In this document: positions 1 through 13,353 of the stretch, piece after piece
How positions within the stretch are numbered: the stretch's first letter is position 1
Layout: each line of letters begins with the position of its first letter
Source of the DNA: Acanthaster planci
Taxonomy: Eukaryota
Assembly (NCBI RefSeq): GCF_001949145.1
Contig: NW_019091362.1
Coordinates: 62,001 to 126,000 of the forward strand
Direction of reading: 5' to 3'
Length of the DNA stretch: 64,000 bases
Notes under the pieces: model-generated
The model's database searches: none
The model's input: only the letters and a program-made list of their open reading frames with translations
Told to the model about the DNA's origin: nothing
Made by a program: the position numbers and the translations under genes

Positions 1-2465
1 ACTAAGAATACAATGTTAAGTGATACAATGTATGTATGTCAGTGTAAGGGGAAACCAGTAATTAAAAATTGATTGCTTTTATTGCCATACAAACATTTAA
101 AACATACCTGGTACATGTTTTGATTGGTGTGGCTGCTGCATCAACATTCGTTTGTTTTTTTGTATTAAGAATACTACATCTACATGCAGGTGAAAATATT
201 GTCTTTCTTGAAATACATGTACATCTGTGAACACTGTTCTGAGCTGAATTTTTGTTGATGGCTTCCAAATAGTTCCCCTCACTTTTGCAAGGAATAACTT
301 TAACCTCAATTAAACCTCCTTTTCAGAGAGAAATCTTGTGTGGATGTGGGCAAGTCCACACAATATTTTCATTTCCTTCTTTGTATGGACATCTTTTGTT
401 CACAGGTCCGCACAATGAGAGGCATGCCTCTACATGCGTGCACACACATCTGTTCATGATCAGTGCCAGAAATTGTTGATTTCCAGTCACAGCTGTGGGC
501 AAAGTATAGGTGTAGGCCCAAATTGTCCAAACTCAAAGATACACATGCACACCTACCGCTATGTACCTCATATTTTTACTGTGACTATTCACAAGATCGG
601 TCTGTTTTGTTGCCCAAAGCACCTGAAGGAGGGCCTCCTCCCTGACCTTTGCCCAAGGCAAAATTGCATCCTTGTTCAGATCTCCACAAGGTGCCCTCTT
701 ACATGTCTTATGCTGTGTGTGTTGCATAAAATATGCTCAAGACACAATGTACATGTGCATGTATGCACAAGAGTTTTAGTGTACAAGAGAAATAAAAATA
801 AAGAAAGCTTACTGTGACACTGAACCAATAATACAAATTAAGGTTGAAATTTTGAAACACTAAATTTTTACTTTAAATTTGACATTGTGATGTCAGTGTT
901 TTACATTTACACAATTATGCGGTATGTGCGAGTACAGTGTATCTTAAATTATTCAGTTTTGAACGAATTTTGTGGTACTTGTACATGTACATAATCCTGT
1001 ATTTTTGTAACAAAGTAGGAAAACATCAAGTTTCTTTGATTTGATTGAGTTTTCTTTGCTGATAGAGAATTTCATCATTAGGCTCTTCTTGCAGCCTGCA
1101 AGTGAAACAATCCTAGAAAACCCCTTCTCTAATTAATTGCAGACAAGGTGTTCCAACTTCTATTTCTTCAAGTACCGATATATATAAAAATGGGCACGAA
1201 TGACCTTGTTGATTCACTTCGTAGGTTGTCTTGGTGTTTTTTCACTAAGGCTGAGGTAGTACATGTATCCTAACTCAAGTAATCCTGCATTCTGTTTTAT
1301 CATTTCGTTTTGTTTGTTTTTTGGGTTTTTTTATTTACACTTGACACAGCTGTCTTTCATCACCCATGACCCAGAATCGTTGATTTAACCCAGTTTATAG
1401 GTTTAGCAAACTGCCATTCAGTTTTCAGTACAGGATTGCTTATTAACATGCCTGACTTCGAAAGAGTGTAGATTGAATCCAAGCCTTTGAAGGTTTCATA
1501 CATGTACGTGTAGTTAAGTGCCTTTTTGTTGGGTTGTCAGTCTTCAAGTACTCCGTAAATTTCATTTCCCCCCTAAACCAGGCCAGTATGTTACCTTACT
1601 GGGGGAAGGGGTCTTATTTTAGTTGGACGGACCCATCATTTATTGGATTGAGATGTCAGCCTTAGACACTAAGTCAGCTGCCAAGCAAATGGTTGGTAAA
1701 TTTCCTAGCATTCAAATTTGAGTTGCTTCTTTTTAAAAATTACCCCGGTACATGTACTGGTACATGTTCTTCCCTTGTCATTTTCCCTGAGGATCTTGCA
1801 GGCTTCACCAAAATCAATAATTGGGATACAGTATAGGCCACGTGGCCATCACTATACGTGTAGAATGGTGGAAGTGCTATCCTGCCTTTGAGTTTGAAAA
1901 ATAAGAAAGGATGTGGGAGACAGCTCGTGATCATCAGGACTTGACTATCAGCTGATCTTACAAGTTACAGTGAGCTCTGCACAGACTTCACACGTGGTGA
2001 TATACATGTACAACACTCTGGATGGACCTTAGGAGTCGATCATCTCTCATCAGTTACATGTACATGTAACAAGTCAATTATGACCTTCTTATTCATAAAG
2101 CTGGATGGCCAAACACATACAGAAGGGTGCACTAATCTCTGATTCAAACAATCACCAGGCTTAAACTTTGAACCTCTGTTAATCAGAATCAATTTAATCT
2201 TCCCACTGTGGTGCAGGGTTCCTCAGAAATTGACATGGTTTATGGGGTCATTGAACACTGCTGACTGAAACATACACATGTAGGCTGCTTCCAAGATGTC
2301 TAAAAGAGGTGATTATAGGAATCTTCCCCAGAAAAAGTTAAATGGATGGGTTAGAGTCAACAGTAGTTCATGTAAAACTAATAGAATAAAACTAATAGAG
2401 AATTGGCTTGAAATAAAAATCTTCAAAGTTGACCCCTTTAATGGTTTATCAGTTTGGTGATCATG

Positions 2466-2640
2466 CAGGGGTGTGAGAATTTAGCATTTTAGCTGATTTC
2501 AGCCTTTTATGTGTGAATGTTAACCCTGAATTTTAGATTTTTTGTACACCTGGTTTGTACAGAAGTATGGGAACTTTTTACATTTCAGCTTTTTGCTAGC
2601 TGTTTTCAGCTTTAATTTGAAGTGGCCACTCACACCCCAC
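2466..2640. mobile_element. Short non-autonomous hAT-like MITE remnant
   Basis: Starts CAGGGGTGTGAG (2466) and ends CTCACACCCC (2629-2638), its reverse complement. Internal TTTCAGC/TTTTAGC repeats. The right terminus has decayed and no TSD is visible. Confidence 0.45.
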
Positions 2641-5600
2641 CTTATGGGTGCTTTGCCGCTCCCCCCCCCAAAAAAAATTTGATGACGCCCATTTAGCCTA
2701 ATGCCCACTGGTAGTTTTACATGTACATGTATAAAATGTGGTTTGCCAAAAGTCCTTCAATCTTTACATCAGTAGATCGTTAATTATGAAATTGTATTCT
2801 AAATGTGGAACCAAAAACACAATCAGAAAGAAAAGTTTTTGATTTAATGCATGTGTATTATGTATGTTACGAATTTGGCAGCATTGGCAACTGTAACATT
2901 GCACATTGGTATTTGCTGTTTTGGTTTTCATTGCAAAGTACACATACATGTATGTATTTGAAATGCATTTTCGCATTATGCCAAATCCATAAGACTGCCT
3001 TGATCATGTACATGTATGTTACCTACACATGTACAGTATACGGTACATCAGTCAAATAGCTCGTGCTTTGGATATTAAATTGTCATAATGCTGTAAATCT
3101 AATCCCCTATTCAGTTCCGCCTCCAAATTAAATTTAGCCCCAAGAAACACAGGGCATCAGACCCATAATCTTCAGGCTGCTAACAAAAATGATGGGGCTC
3201 CTATCCTCCAAGACTGAGGGAGGGGAGTTATCCATGATCAGAATGCTTAGTTTCTCCTCAGCAGATTCAAGTTGCCACTGCAAACATGTAAGAAGCCAAG
3301 ACTGCTTGTGGATGCCTTCTATTAGGCCATTACACCACGGCTGTAGACTGGGCAAGGGAAAGATGACTCACAGGATATCTAAAGTGTCTTACTATTCGGT
3401 TTGGAACATTGGACGGGTCTTTGGCATGCTTACTGACTCAGCCAGCTTTCTTGTTCATCATGACGGCTGTCAATCTTTATATTTTCTTGCCAACTCTGGT
3501 GGCTTACGTATTAACTGAATACATGTAGCTCATAGGCGGTGATAAGTGCATGCAGTGGATGTTAGGATTAAGAAATATGGTGTTGTGTTCACACCATGTG
3601 TACATAATTATAAAGCATATTGTACATACGTAGGAGTGACCAAATATTTTGTGCGAGCGTATTGAGTGAAAATATTTTGTATTTGATGTGTGTAATACAT
3701 TCAACATACCGTATAACATTATAGGGTTAAAAATGCATACATCTAGTGTATTCCACAATGTGTACCAATTAATTTTGTATGTAATCAATGAGTGCACAGC
3801 GCTAGCGGTGAAATGAATTGGTCTAATTACAAGTAAATGTATGTGAAGACTGTAGGTGTAGTGTATGTTCTTTGTGAGACAATCATTGTACAGGTAAAAC
3901 TGTAACACATAAACTGGGTTAGTAATGAGGATTATAATCAAGCTCTGTGTGCATCCAGTGTGAAGTTTAATTTGCCTGATGAGATGGAACAGTTCAGTTT
4001 TCCTCATTGAAAATTCCATTTTGATCAGACAGTTGAGTACACAAATATCACATGGAAGTAAGCAAGCTATTTACTGTACATACATGGGCATGTACTACAT
4101 GTGTGTCAAATGTACATGTGATGTATGTGTATACCCTGTACATGTATTCTTTGTATAATTTCCTATTGCAACTGTCACAGGATTTTATGGATTTGAGACT
4201 GTTATTGTAACCAGCTTCTGTCACTCCACATGGGTTAGTGTCTAACTAAATTTTGAAAAAATGGTGAGGCTGACATGTGGCTTGTATGTGAGGTATAAAA
4301 TCAAGTCACAACTGAAAAACAACGGGCACCGGTAGCAGTGGAACCACCTGCCCATGTACGTTTACAGTATGTGTTGGATGTACATGTACACCTGTACATT
4401 ACTCTGAGTCAGCATGGTGTACAAGGCCAACTTGAACCTTCTTGAATAGGGTACATTTCTCTTTGGTTGTAAACATGAACAGGTACTGTACAATGTCCAT
4501 ACAGTACATGTACATGTACATGTAGATCACAGGTCCAACTGCCTCAGGAGTGGGTAAGTTATTGCCTCCTGATTTTGTTCATGTTATGTATCACTTAATG
4601 TTGACACTGCATTTTTTCCAGTTTGCAGCAATGAGCAAATTTGGACAGCCACTTGCAGGCCAAATTAATTAGATGAGAATTATGGCTGACATGTAGTTCA
4701 GCTTAATACCCGGGTAGTGTTAACAAAACTGGCACTTTAGAGTGTTCTATTAGTTGAGATAAAATCCATCACAATAGTATGAGGTTTTTTAAATGGTTCA
4801 GGGCCCATTGAAGGTGAGTTCATGTCAACTGTATCTCTAGACAACTCGGAGTACAGATTTTAAAATTGGGATCCATTGTGAACATTCATTGATGGTTTTC
4901 TTTCATCAATGTAATGTAAAGAGGAAATGTGTCAGAAGTAAAATTTAGCAACCAAAAGTTTAAACTTGGTGGCTATAATGTACTTTAAAACATGGCAGCA
5001 GATAAGCATAACTTAGTGGGCTGTCGGCAGGCTAATACAGCCAAGAGCTCGTATACTGCAGGATGGGGAGAGTCACTGTTTTAGGTACTACAGGGGCACC
5101 TCAAGTATTGGTGGTCTAGGTTGAAGCCCCTTCCAAAAGGAACGTAATCAAATTGATCAGAAACCAACAAAATTTAAAGCTTTTTTCCCTGAGAATGTAA
5201 AAAAATGAAACACTGGGTACTTTGTGTACGTGTATGCCAATGCATACACATTTACCGTCTCACAAATTTGTTTCCCAAATGTTCTGCTTTACGTGTCACT
5301 GGTTCCAGAGGTTAGTTTTAGTAATTAGTTTTAGCTTTGCATTATTCACTTACCAGTGGTGCTGTACATAACAGGTGCAGGTGTACAGAAGTATAGTTGA
5401 GTATCAAACCGTGCTGCTGTATCCCATACTTATTATGTTTTTTGCTTGTTTGTCCGTCTGCCCATCTTGTAACTCTGAAAGACTACATGCAGGAGTGCCA
5501 AGAAAGGGACATTTGGGAGTTGCCTCCTCTTTCATTGATATGATAACGTATCCATTCCCAGCTGTAAATTATAGTTGACACACTCTCTCAGCATCACGTA

Positions 5601-8021
5601 TGCAAAATAACAGGTGCTACCTGCTTAAAGCCAGCAATAAGTACGTCAAGTTATTCGCACTTTCAGAAAAAGCTGCAATATGTATGTACCATACTCCAGG
5701 TTATAGTACAGTGGGTACTCAAAATCCCCAAATTTGACCAGATCAAAATTTCTGTGGACTGATAAATGTTCTACTGGTACTTTTTTCGTAATAATTCAAA
5801 CTTTTTCAGAACTTGCATATTACATTGTACCGGTACATCCAAATTCTGAGTCAATAAAAGGTGGAAGATGTTTATTGAGCTGACTCATATGGCGACACTT
5901 TGTCGGTAAAGACAACTGGAACATGTGAAATGTGACTGCGCAGAGAGATGTAAATGGAAAGAGTTATATAGATGTATGTCTCCAGAGATTGAATGTGACA
6001 CAGGCCATTTGGATGGTGCAGTGTTGCTCACTCTCTATGAATAAATGGATGCCATTGTACAATCAGCCAAGCATCTTGAGAAATGACAGTAACTGTCATG
6101 GTCCCAAGCAGGTACATGTATGGTAAATGCACACCTGGCTGTGTGTCTGCAGGACAATGTAGACACGTACGTGTATGCGTAGATTGGTATGCCATCCAGT
6201 CTGTCATGTCAGGCTGAGTACTTTTTGTAGATGCATTGTACATTCGATACCGCTACTTTTGAAAGCCATAATATAACATACCAGTACCTATATGTATGTA
6301 AATCTTTAATGTCTTATATTCCTTGGTTTTTGATTGTACATGTATGGGTATACTGTACATGTATGTACATGTACTTTCTCCCATTAAACAATTGTTGCCC
6401 TTCCTCTTGTGTAGATAACCTCCGTGCACAGTGTTTTCTTCCCCTATTCCTCAAGAATGAAGAGGAGCCCATGACCTTAATTGCAGGCATATAAAACCTA
6501 ATGTTCCACATGTGTGTAAACATATCATAGTTCCAAATGAGTTTGCTCTTCAAGAGTCTCTGTTCTTGATTCATATTGAAGTACAGTCTCAACTTGATGT
6601 GCGTTTGATGTCAGTGCTCTGGTAAACATTTAATAGTAGTCTGGGCACCAGTGTTAAGTTCAACTGTTCCCATGGTAATGCACCTTTGATGTTTTCATCA
6701 TTTCTTCACGTCTGCTACTACCATTAGTCCATCCTCAATGGGCCCCTCACTGAGCAAAGCAATCAGTCAGCATTGGCCAAGCATCCATTCGGGAGCTTTT
6801 TTAATGCATTTTTGAGTGCCAGCGATAGCTTTCATCCAAGTCTTCACGTTGTTCGGTCATGATGGCTTCTCCTTTTGTCTAGTTTTGATGCGTCTGCCTC
6901 GGGGACCTAGATTAATTTCACGGTTGCTTGGAAGGAAGTCTTCCAATTTTTCTTTGCTGGGGATATTTTGGAAAGGAAGGGTTTCGTGACTTTGGTTCAT
7001 TGATAGTTTGAATGGCTAGATCAGAGATGTTTCCTTTGGGAGGGCTGTAGATCTCCTCGGGAGGTTTAGGAAAATTAGATTCTTAACATTTCTTTTTAGT
7101 GTTGTGATAAACAGTAACAGAGGAAGCACTCTACTTAACTGCTACAGAAATCATTAAAGAATTTGTTTACATTGGCAGATTATACCTTTGCAAAAATCTG
7201 GTATTATCTGTTTTTGTTAAATATACATGTACATGTAAGGCATTTGGAATTGAATTTTTCAAATGGGTTTGGGCTTTGATCTGAAATTAACGCCCACCAG
7301 AATGGCAGAATTTACAAAGTTTCCAGGGCACAGGTTTGCTTAGAGACAGAAATGAATTAATGTGTGCTGGTGCACGTCTGTGATACTGTCACCTTAAGCT
7401 ACATGTACCTACCCTAGTACTGCATGTGAGGTAAAGTGCTCATACCAGTAGATAATAGTTTCTATAAATTGGTTTGACCTTTCAAGCAACAGGTTGTGTT
7501 CTTTTTATCTTATTCCCACCAGAAATGGCAAGGGGCCAATAATGCGTGCATACTATAGCCTGGAGTATATCTGGTATGGCCAATTTGAGGTTGACGGATC
7601 GTGCTGACAAATTGACAGTTGGCAGTTGTACTTCATATTACCAGCCCACATGTACACTGTAGGGGATCATGTACCAGTATGATTTTGTATCATACGCGGA
7701 ATGGAATTGTGCAAAATGTGAAGTGGGATGAGTGGATTTGTAAAAGGATTAACATTATTGTGTGTTAATTGTTGAAGGTACATTGTGCTCACTTCAGCGA
7801 CATACATGTACATGTATTTGTACATGTATGTATTTCACAGTTGGTGAACCTTCTGGGAAAATGTAGCATTACTTTTTTAATGTGTTTTTTTTAGGGGGCA
7901 AGGGAGATCTCATCAAGAGGAAAAACACAAATTACATGTACCACCTTTTTAATGATTCGTGTTTTGTATTCTAGTTTCACTTTAGGACAGGTTTCTACAT
8001 GTGTAATGATAGAGTACACAT

Positions 8022-8255
8022 GGGTCATTCTATAAATTTGGGGTCCAATTCCTTTTCCCGTCCCTGTGACAGTGTTTAGAAAACATGGTTTAATTTCCAA
8101 GACTGAATAAGTACTGCAAACAAATAAAAATAGTTTGAAATCAATTTCAGTTATACATCTCTTGTCAACCTTGTCAGATGGTACATGAATACATGTCAGA
8201 GGTAACGGGGATGGAAAAATGTCACACTCTGGACCCCAAATTTATAGAATGACCC
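8022..8255. mobile_element. 234-bp MITE with perfect 26-bp TIRs and 4-bp TSD (Sola2-like)
   Basis: GGGTCATTCTATAAATTTGGGGTCCA (8022-8047) and its exact reverse complement (8230-8255), flanked by ACAT on both sides (8018-8021, 8256-8259). GRG termini plus a 4-bp TSD fit Sola2; the superfamily call is inference. Confidence 0.8.
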
Positions 8256-9730
8256 ACATCTAAGTCCAAACAACCTTTTTAACATGTACGTACATGTACA
8301 TGTTGTTCATGTGCTTGCTTATCTACATGTACATTTCACATAAAATTTTTAACGAAAGCACTGCATGATTTGAGCCTCACTCCAATCCATCTACTTACAT
8401 GTACCCCACCATTACACATTAATAAGAGAGCCTTAAAATAACCGTGACTGATTGAAATTGTACGTTGGCCATAATTCGCTGTTCCACTCCTTGCCTGCGT
8501 GGGAGTTGGAACAGTTTTATCTTCCAATTTCTGCATAATGCTGACGGCCTGGGACTTTCATTTATGGTTATGTATGTACTTTGAAATCCTTCTTGTCTTC
8601 TCAGATAACAGGCTGTTTTTACAAATAAGAAAAAGTGAACATGCATGTTCATGTACATGTGCAGTGTACCATAATATACGAGTATACTTTTTGCCTTTAC
8701 AGTTGTTTTGGAAACTACATGTACATGTAAGTGCTGTTTCATAAAGTGAACAGATCATGAACTACATGAACATTTGTAAAAATGCAAATGTGCTTGTACA
8801 GTACATGTACCAGTACAAACAGGTGTTCGTTTTTAATTGGCAGAGACTTTCAACTATGTTTCTGTACAATGCTGTACATGTACCAGTACATGCTGTATGT
8901 ATTTAATTTTATTAGTGACATTGATTCTGAAGGTATGTTTCCAGTTTGGACTTTCTTGCATGTACCTGAGAAATTAGGTACCCACATGCACTGGAACATG
9001 TGTATGGTGCAATTCTGAACAGGTTTTCACAGTTTTACAGTTCTTTATGATGTGTAGTTTTGAACTACAGGGCCTAATTTCTGTATGAGACTTACATGTA
9101 GTTTGTTCTTCCTCTCCTTGTCGGCTTCAAAGGAGTTATTTACACCTGCAATCCATCCCTTGCAGGATGGTGTACCTTTATGCACCTGCCGTACATGTAC
9201 CTGTTGAGTGGTACATACCGGTAATTCAAGTCACAAAGGACATGTACATGTACATGTGCTTGTAGTCGTAGGGTTTGTGATAAAAGTTCATTGCTCATTC
9301 TGTTATCTGTGACTGATCCACGGTCACAGGGCTTGGGCTTGGATTGACTTTTGAAAGGATTTCTGACTCTACTTGTGAAGGACTTGAACCTTACAACACT
9401 ACCACCTACATGTACATGTGCCGGTACCAACCATTGACCACCAATCACAACCACCATATGAATAACGTTTTCTTTATTTTCAAGTGTATTTTAGTACCTA
9501 CCGGTAACTACATGAACACTGTACATGTATTACATCTTTCCAAGATTTGGCCCACTTGCAACAGCTCTTCAGGTACATGTACCTGTCTTAAAAGCTGGGA
9601 CGATGAGGTACTCGGTACATGTACTTGCATTTTTCATCTGAATTCCCCCCCCTCCCCGTATACAGTATGGAACGTTTCTGAAAGAAGATGTAGTATCCAT
9701 CATGGTAAACATACATGTAAATGTACCAGT

Positions 9731-9914
9731 AATTTTGGCTTTTTGCCCTGCCCAAGCAGTGTATACTCCGTGTTTGCCCCCAAAAGGCTTGTGAAAAAAC
9801 CCACAAGTGTACTCTGGTGGGACTCGAACCCACGACTTCCTGTTTTACTAGTGCAGACGTCTTAACCACCGGCCACCGAGCTTGCCGGTGTTGGCTGCCT
9901 GGTTTGAGTCAAAT
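9731..9914 (-). repeat. tRNA-derived (SINE-like) interspersed repeat, copy 1
   Basis: Minus strand 9881-9811 reads GCTCGGTGGCCGGTGGTTAAGACGTCTGCACTAGTAAAACAGGAAGTCGTGGGTTCGAGTCCCACCAGAGT. It has an A-box-like TGGCCGGTGG, a B box GGTTCGAGTCC and a CT-AGT-AA anticodon-like loop. Homologous to 24287-24623 and 43082-43245. Confidence 0.75.
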
Positions 9915-9927
9915 GTACTATACTTTA

Positions 9928-11540
9928 CACTGCCCAACAAAAGTCTTCGCCCACCTCACTGCCGACATTTGTCTGTTGATTTTCTCGATAAAAATTTTTT
10001 AAGTTGTTCGATAACTAACCTACATGTACCAGTGTCTTGTGTCATTATTTTAATCAATTATAATCAGTCCTCCAATGCCTCCGACCTTTTCACTGACCCA
10101 GTTCCAGTTACATTTCTGAATCGCTTCTCTTGTCCATGTAAAACCGCCATATTGAATGACCTCATTTAAACCAATGGCATTCTTTTTCGTGCCGCGGGAA
10201 AATTTACTTTATCTATATTTACATGTATGAGCTGAATATGACCTCTCATTCATGGTACTGTAAATGGATACTAGAAAGGTTGGAGGACACGACTGCCATT
10301 CATATGCTAACTACGCCAACTGCAACTTGAAACAATGCCAGCCAGAACCCCCCTAACAAACCATCAAAAGGGGATGATCCAAACCTGGAGTGAAGGGATT
10401 TCCAATCGAGAAATTGCAAGATAGCTTGGAATTAGCGACAGTACCATGAGGTACAGTTTAAAGAAACTAGAAGAAGATGGATTAATGGACACCCGACTGA
10501 GATCCGGCCGCCCTGGGGTGGCTGGATCACCGAGTGAGAAGACCACTTTCTTGTGAGGACCTGCCACCGAATTGCAAGTGGAGTTAGCTCAAGCCACTGG
10601 TGTTGATGTCCATGCTGTTACTGTCTCCTGCGGCTTGACAGAAGCAGGATGTCACGGCCGAGTTGCTCGACTCAAGCCACGCTTTACTGAAGCCCACAAA
10701 GCTCGGCGATTGACATGGGCTCGAAAACACGTGGGCTGGTCAGCAAATGACTGGGTCCAGGTTCTCTGGAGCAATGAATCAAGATTTCAGCAGTTCCAGT
10801 CCAATGGGCGTGTCTACGTGAGGAGGGCTGTTGGCGAAGAATTTTTGGAGAACTGTGTTCTGCCTGCCGTAAAGCATGGAGGACCAGGGATTATGGTTTG
10901 GGGGTGCATGAGCTTTGCGGGCGTCGGTGAGTTGGTGCGGGTCGCGGAGAATATCAATGCCACTGTTTATGTTGATATTCTCTGCAACCACATGCTGCCT
11001 TCTGCCCATGGTTTGATCGGCCCGGAATTCCTGTTTCAACAAGACAATGCACCACCCCATACAGCAGTGATTACAAGAGAAATCCTGGCCGATCCAACCC
11101 CCCCCGATTTCATCACTGAAATGGGAGGCAGTTGGCAGTTCAGGGTGATGGAGTGGCCTGCCCAAAGTCCCAACCTGAATCCATTGGAGAATTTATGGAA
11201 CCAGTTGGAGTTGCAGCTCCGACGCAAAAATAGGCCACATTCCAAAGACGAATTTTTCCAAATTCTCCATCGGATCTGGCGGGATATGGACGGCAACTTC
11301 ATCACCAATCTCCTGGAATCAATGCACAGGAGATGCCAGGCCGTCATTGATGCTTGCGGAGCTTTTACGCACTACTAAATCATGCCTCTCAGACTTTTCA
11401 GACCATGGGTGCCGCCATCTTGAATTTCGTTGCTATGGACGGAACTCGCTATTGACTTTGTGCACAAGTAAAACAAGGTCATTTTTGTTTCTTTTTTATT
11501 GACTCTTGGACAGTTAATTTTCATAAGTTATGATAATTTA
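9928..11540 (+). mobile_element. Tc1-like DNA transposon, 3' end truncated (end coordinate approximate)
   Basis: TA (9926-9927) followed by a Tc1-type terminus CACTGCCCAACAAAAGTCTTCGCCCACC. Contains the transposase pseudogene. No matching right TIR found downstream. Confidence 0.8.
10335..11378 (+). pseudogene. Tc1/mariner-superfamily transposase pseudogene (DDE domain, DD47E spacing)
   Basis: ATG at 10335 gives MPARTPLTNHQKGMIQTWSEGISNREIAR*LGISDSTMRY...RSGRP (HTH plus GRPR-like linker). In-frame stops at 10422 and 10554. The frame continues into ORF 10572-11378 with VLWSNESRF, KHGGPGIMVWGC, FQQDNAPPH and WPAQSPNLNPLENLW. The first catalytic D is mutated to N (10773-10775). Confidence 0.93.
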
Positions 11541-11725
11541 TTCAAATACAGACATGAAAGTTGTATGTGTCACCTAAGCAATGACCAGCTGCCATCAGCC
11601 AATCATTGTGTGCATGTACTAACCCGTGTTCAGTATGTCATCTGTGACATACGCCCTCTATGTTTGTCGACGAATGTTTGCATGTGTTACAATATCATAT
11701 AATGAACATTTGTTGAACAAATGTT
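11541..11725. repeat. Small degenerate inverted-repeat element abutting the truncated Tc1
   Basis: 11541-11573 is an imperfect reverse complement of 11644-11674. AACATTTGTT-G-AACAAATGTT palindrome at 11705-11725. Confidence 0.35.
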
Positions 11726-13353
11726 GAGGAACAAATTTATTGGTAGCAGTCAATTTCCACACAGTTTGATAGGTCAAAAATTAAGGAACCATTTTCATTC
11801 TCAAATATTTTTTCCAGATATGAATTAAAGGTCTGAATTCAACTGTGCACAATCTATGTTCACAATGCATGCTAGTCTTGGTTTCAAGACATTGTTGCCT
11901 TACATGTACCTGGTAAGTTGTACATGTAGATGTGCAGGATAATCTGCAGCCGTCGAGAGGGTGACATCACAATGATCAGCTATCAACTATATCTGCCTCG
12001 AGCAGAAGCACCCCCTCATTGGCTGGAAAGAGCCAAGTTACTGGGGAGTGTTAATCTTGTTTGTCGCGAAGCATGCGCAACGCATGCATCTCATAGTCTT
12101 TTGTGAACCAGTGAAGCAGAGTTCCCACCAAAGGAGCCTCCATTGCTAGGAAAATTGCACCCTCTCATGGTCCCAGGGCCCGTACTGCCAGGTGGTCCGG
12201 TGTAATAACGATTTATCGTTGATCATTTACAGCACACATCTAAACACACTTGATCTCTTGAAACCAAGACTAAATGTATGTATACAGCTTGAACATGATC
12301 CCAGAATGAGGCTGATAGAGTACCGAATTGAATACATGTACGTCACACGCACAATTAGTGTGTAAAAGGCATGAGCTCGTGAACCAGCCCGTGAACCAAT
12401 GCGCGCGAACTCCATTTGTTTGCACTGCACTTTCTTGTTCACAGTGACATCACACTTCAGTACTCTATACAGTAGTAATGAATGGTTTTTAACCTTTGTC
12501 TGTCACCACTCTGAAATACAAACATGTTTGGCCAGCACTGCAAACTGTTTGTACTCGCAGGTTAGAAATTTAGTGTGATTCCTTTCTAGATATGGATAAA
12601 CCCTCTCCACTCTTTCTATTGTTGCTGACTGAAATCAAGCTAGACATCCTGCAGTGTATCCTCTGACTCATGTCTCTTCCCAGTGCAAAATGCTGCCCAT
12701 GATTGCTTGATGTTGTCCTGTTTGATACTCTGACATTTCTCCAGACTTAATAGATTGGACTTTTTCCCTTGAATGATTGCAATCTAGTGCCCTTGTCACT
12801 TGCCATTTTTTTTAGTCAACCTGTATATTACTGTGTATTACACATCAGTTTTCCTTTGAAAAGGCCGTGCTACTCTGTGTGGCCAATATTACAGACTCAC
12901 CAGAGAAGGCGTTGTTCTAAAACCCCCTCGACCCCCTAGACTGACAATTTCACTTGTGCCCATGTAATACTTACTGGTGAAAGTGAATCGGATCACGTCT
13001 GAAAGCGGAACTCTTCCCACAGGTACTTGCACATTGATTTCTGTGTGGGAAATATTACCTTGCGGTGGGGAACCATTGTAAAAAGCCGGCAACCAGAGCG
13101 TGTACAAGCGCAGATCATTCCCAGGGTGTCAAGCAGTACGCGCATTGCTGTTATTTGTGTTACAACTTCCACAAAAGTGAGGATGCCTGAATAAATAGAA
13201 ACAAATTGTTGAAACGTCGTCCACAGTTAATATAAACCACTTAAAAGCATGTGCAGTGGGATTTTAGACCACTACAATAATTATTTTTAGGTGAAAAAGC
13301 TTGTGTTCACCAGCATATGCAGAATAAATCAAATTTCTCAGGCAAGAAGATGA

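Noticed and set aside
3970..4020. Hammerhead ribozyme (CTGATGAG...GAAA)
   Set aside because: Stem II does not abut GAAA, and no stems I/III were found.
3504..9865. 171-aa (3504-4019) and 173-aa (9344-9865) ORFs and other short track ORFs rich in YMY/TCT/VHV
   Set aside because: The composition reflects TACATG repeats; no domains or splice support.
9811..9881. Functional tRNA-Thr(AGT) gene
   Set aside because: The anticodon and acceptor stems are imperfect, and the flanks are shared with other dispersed copies, so it is a repeat-borne tRNA derivative.
10779..11347. Minus-strand ORFs of 128 and 103 aa
   Set aside because: Antisense shadows of the transposase ORF.
11379..12200. Right TIR of the Tc1 element
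   Set aside because: No GGTGGGCGAAGACTTTTGTTGGGCAGTG-like sequence was found by eye.
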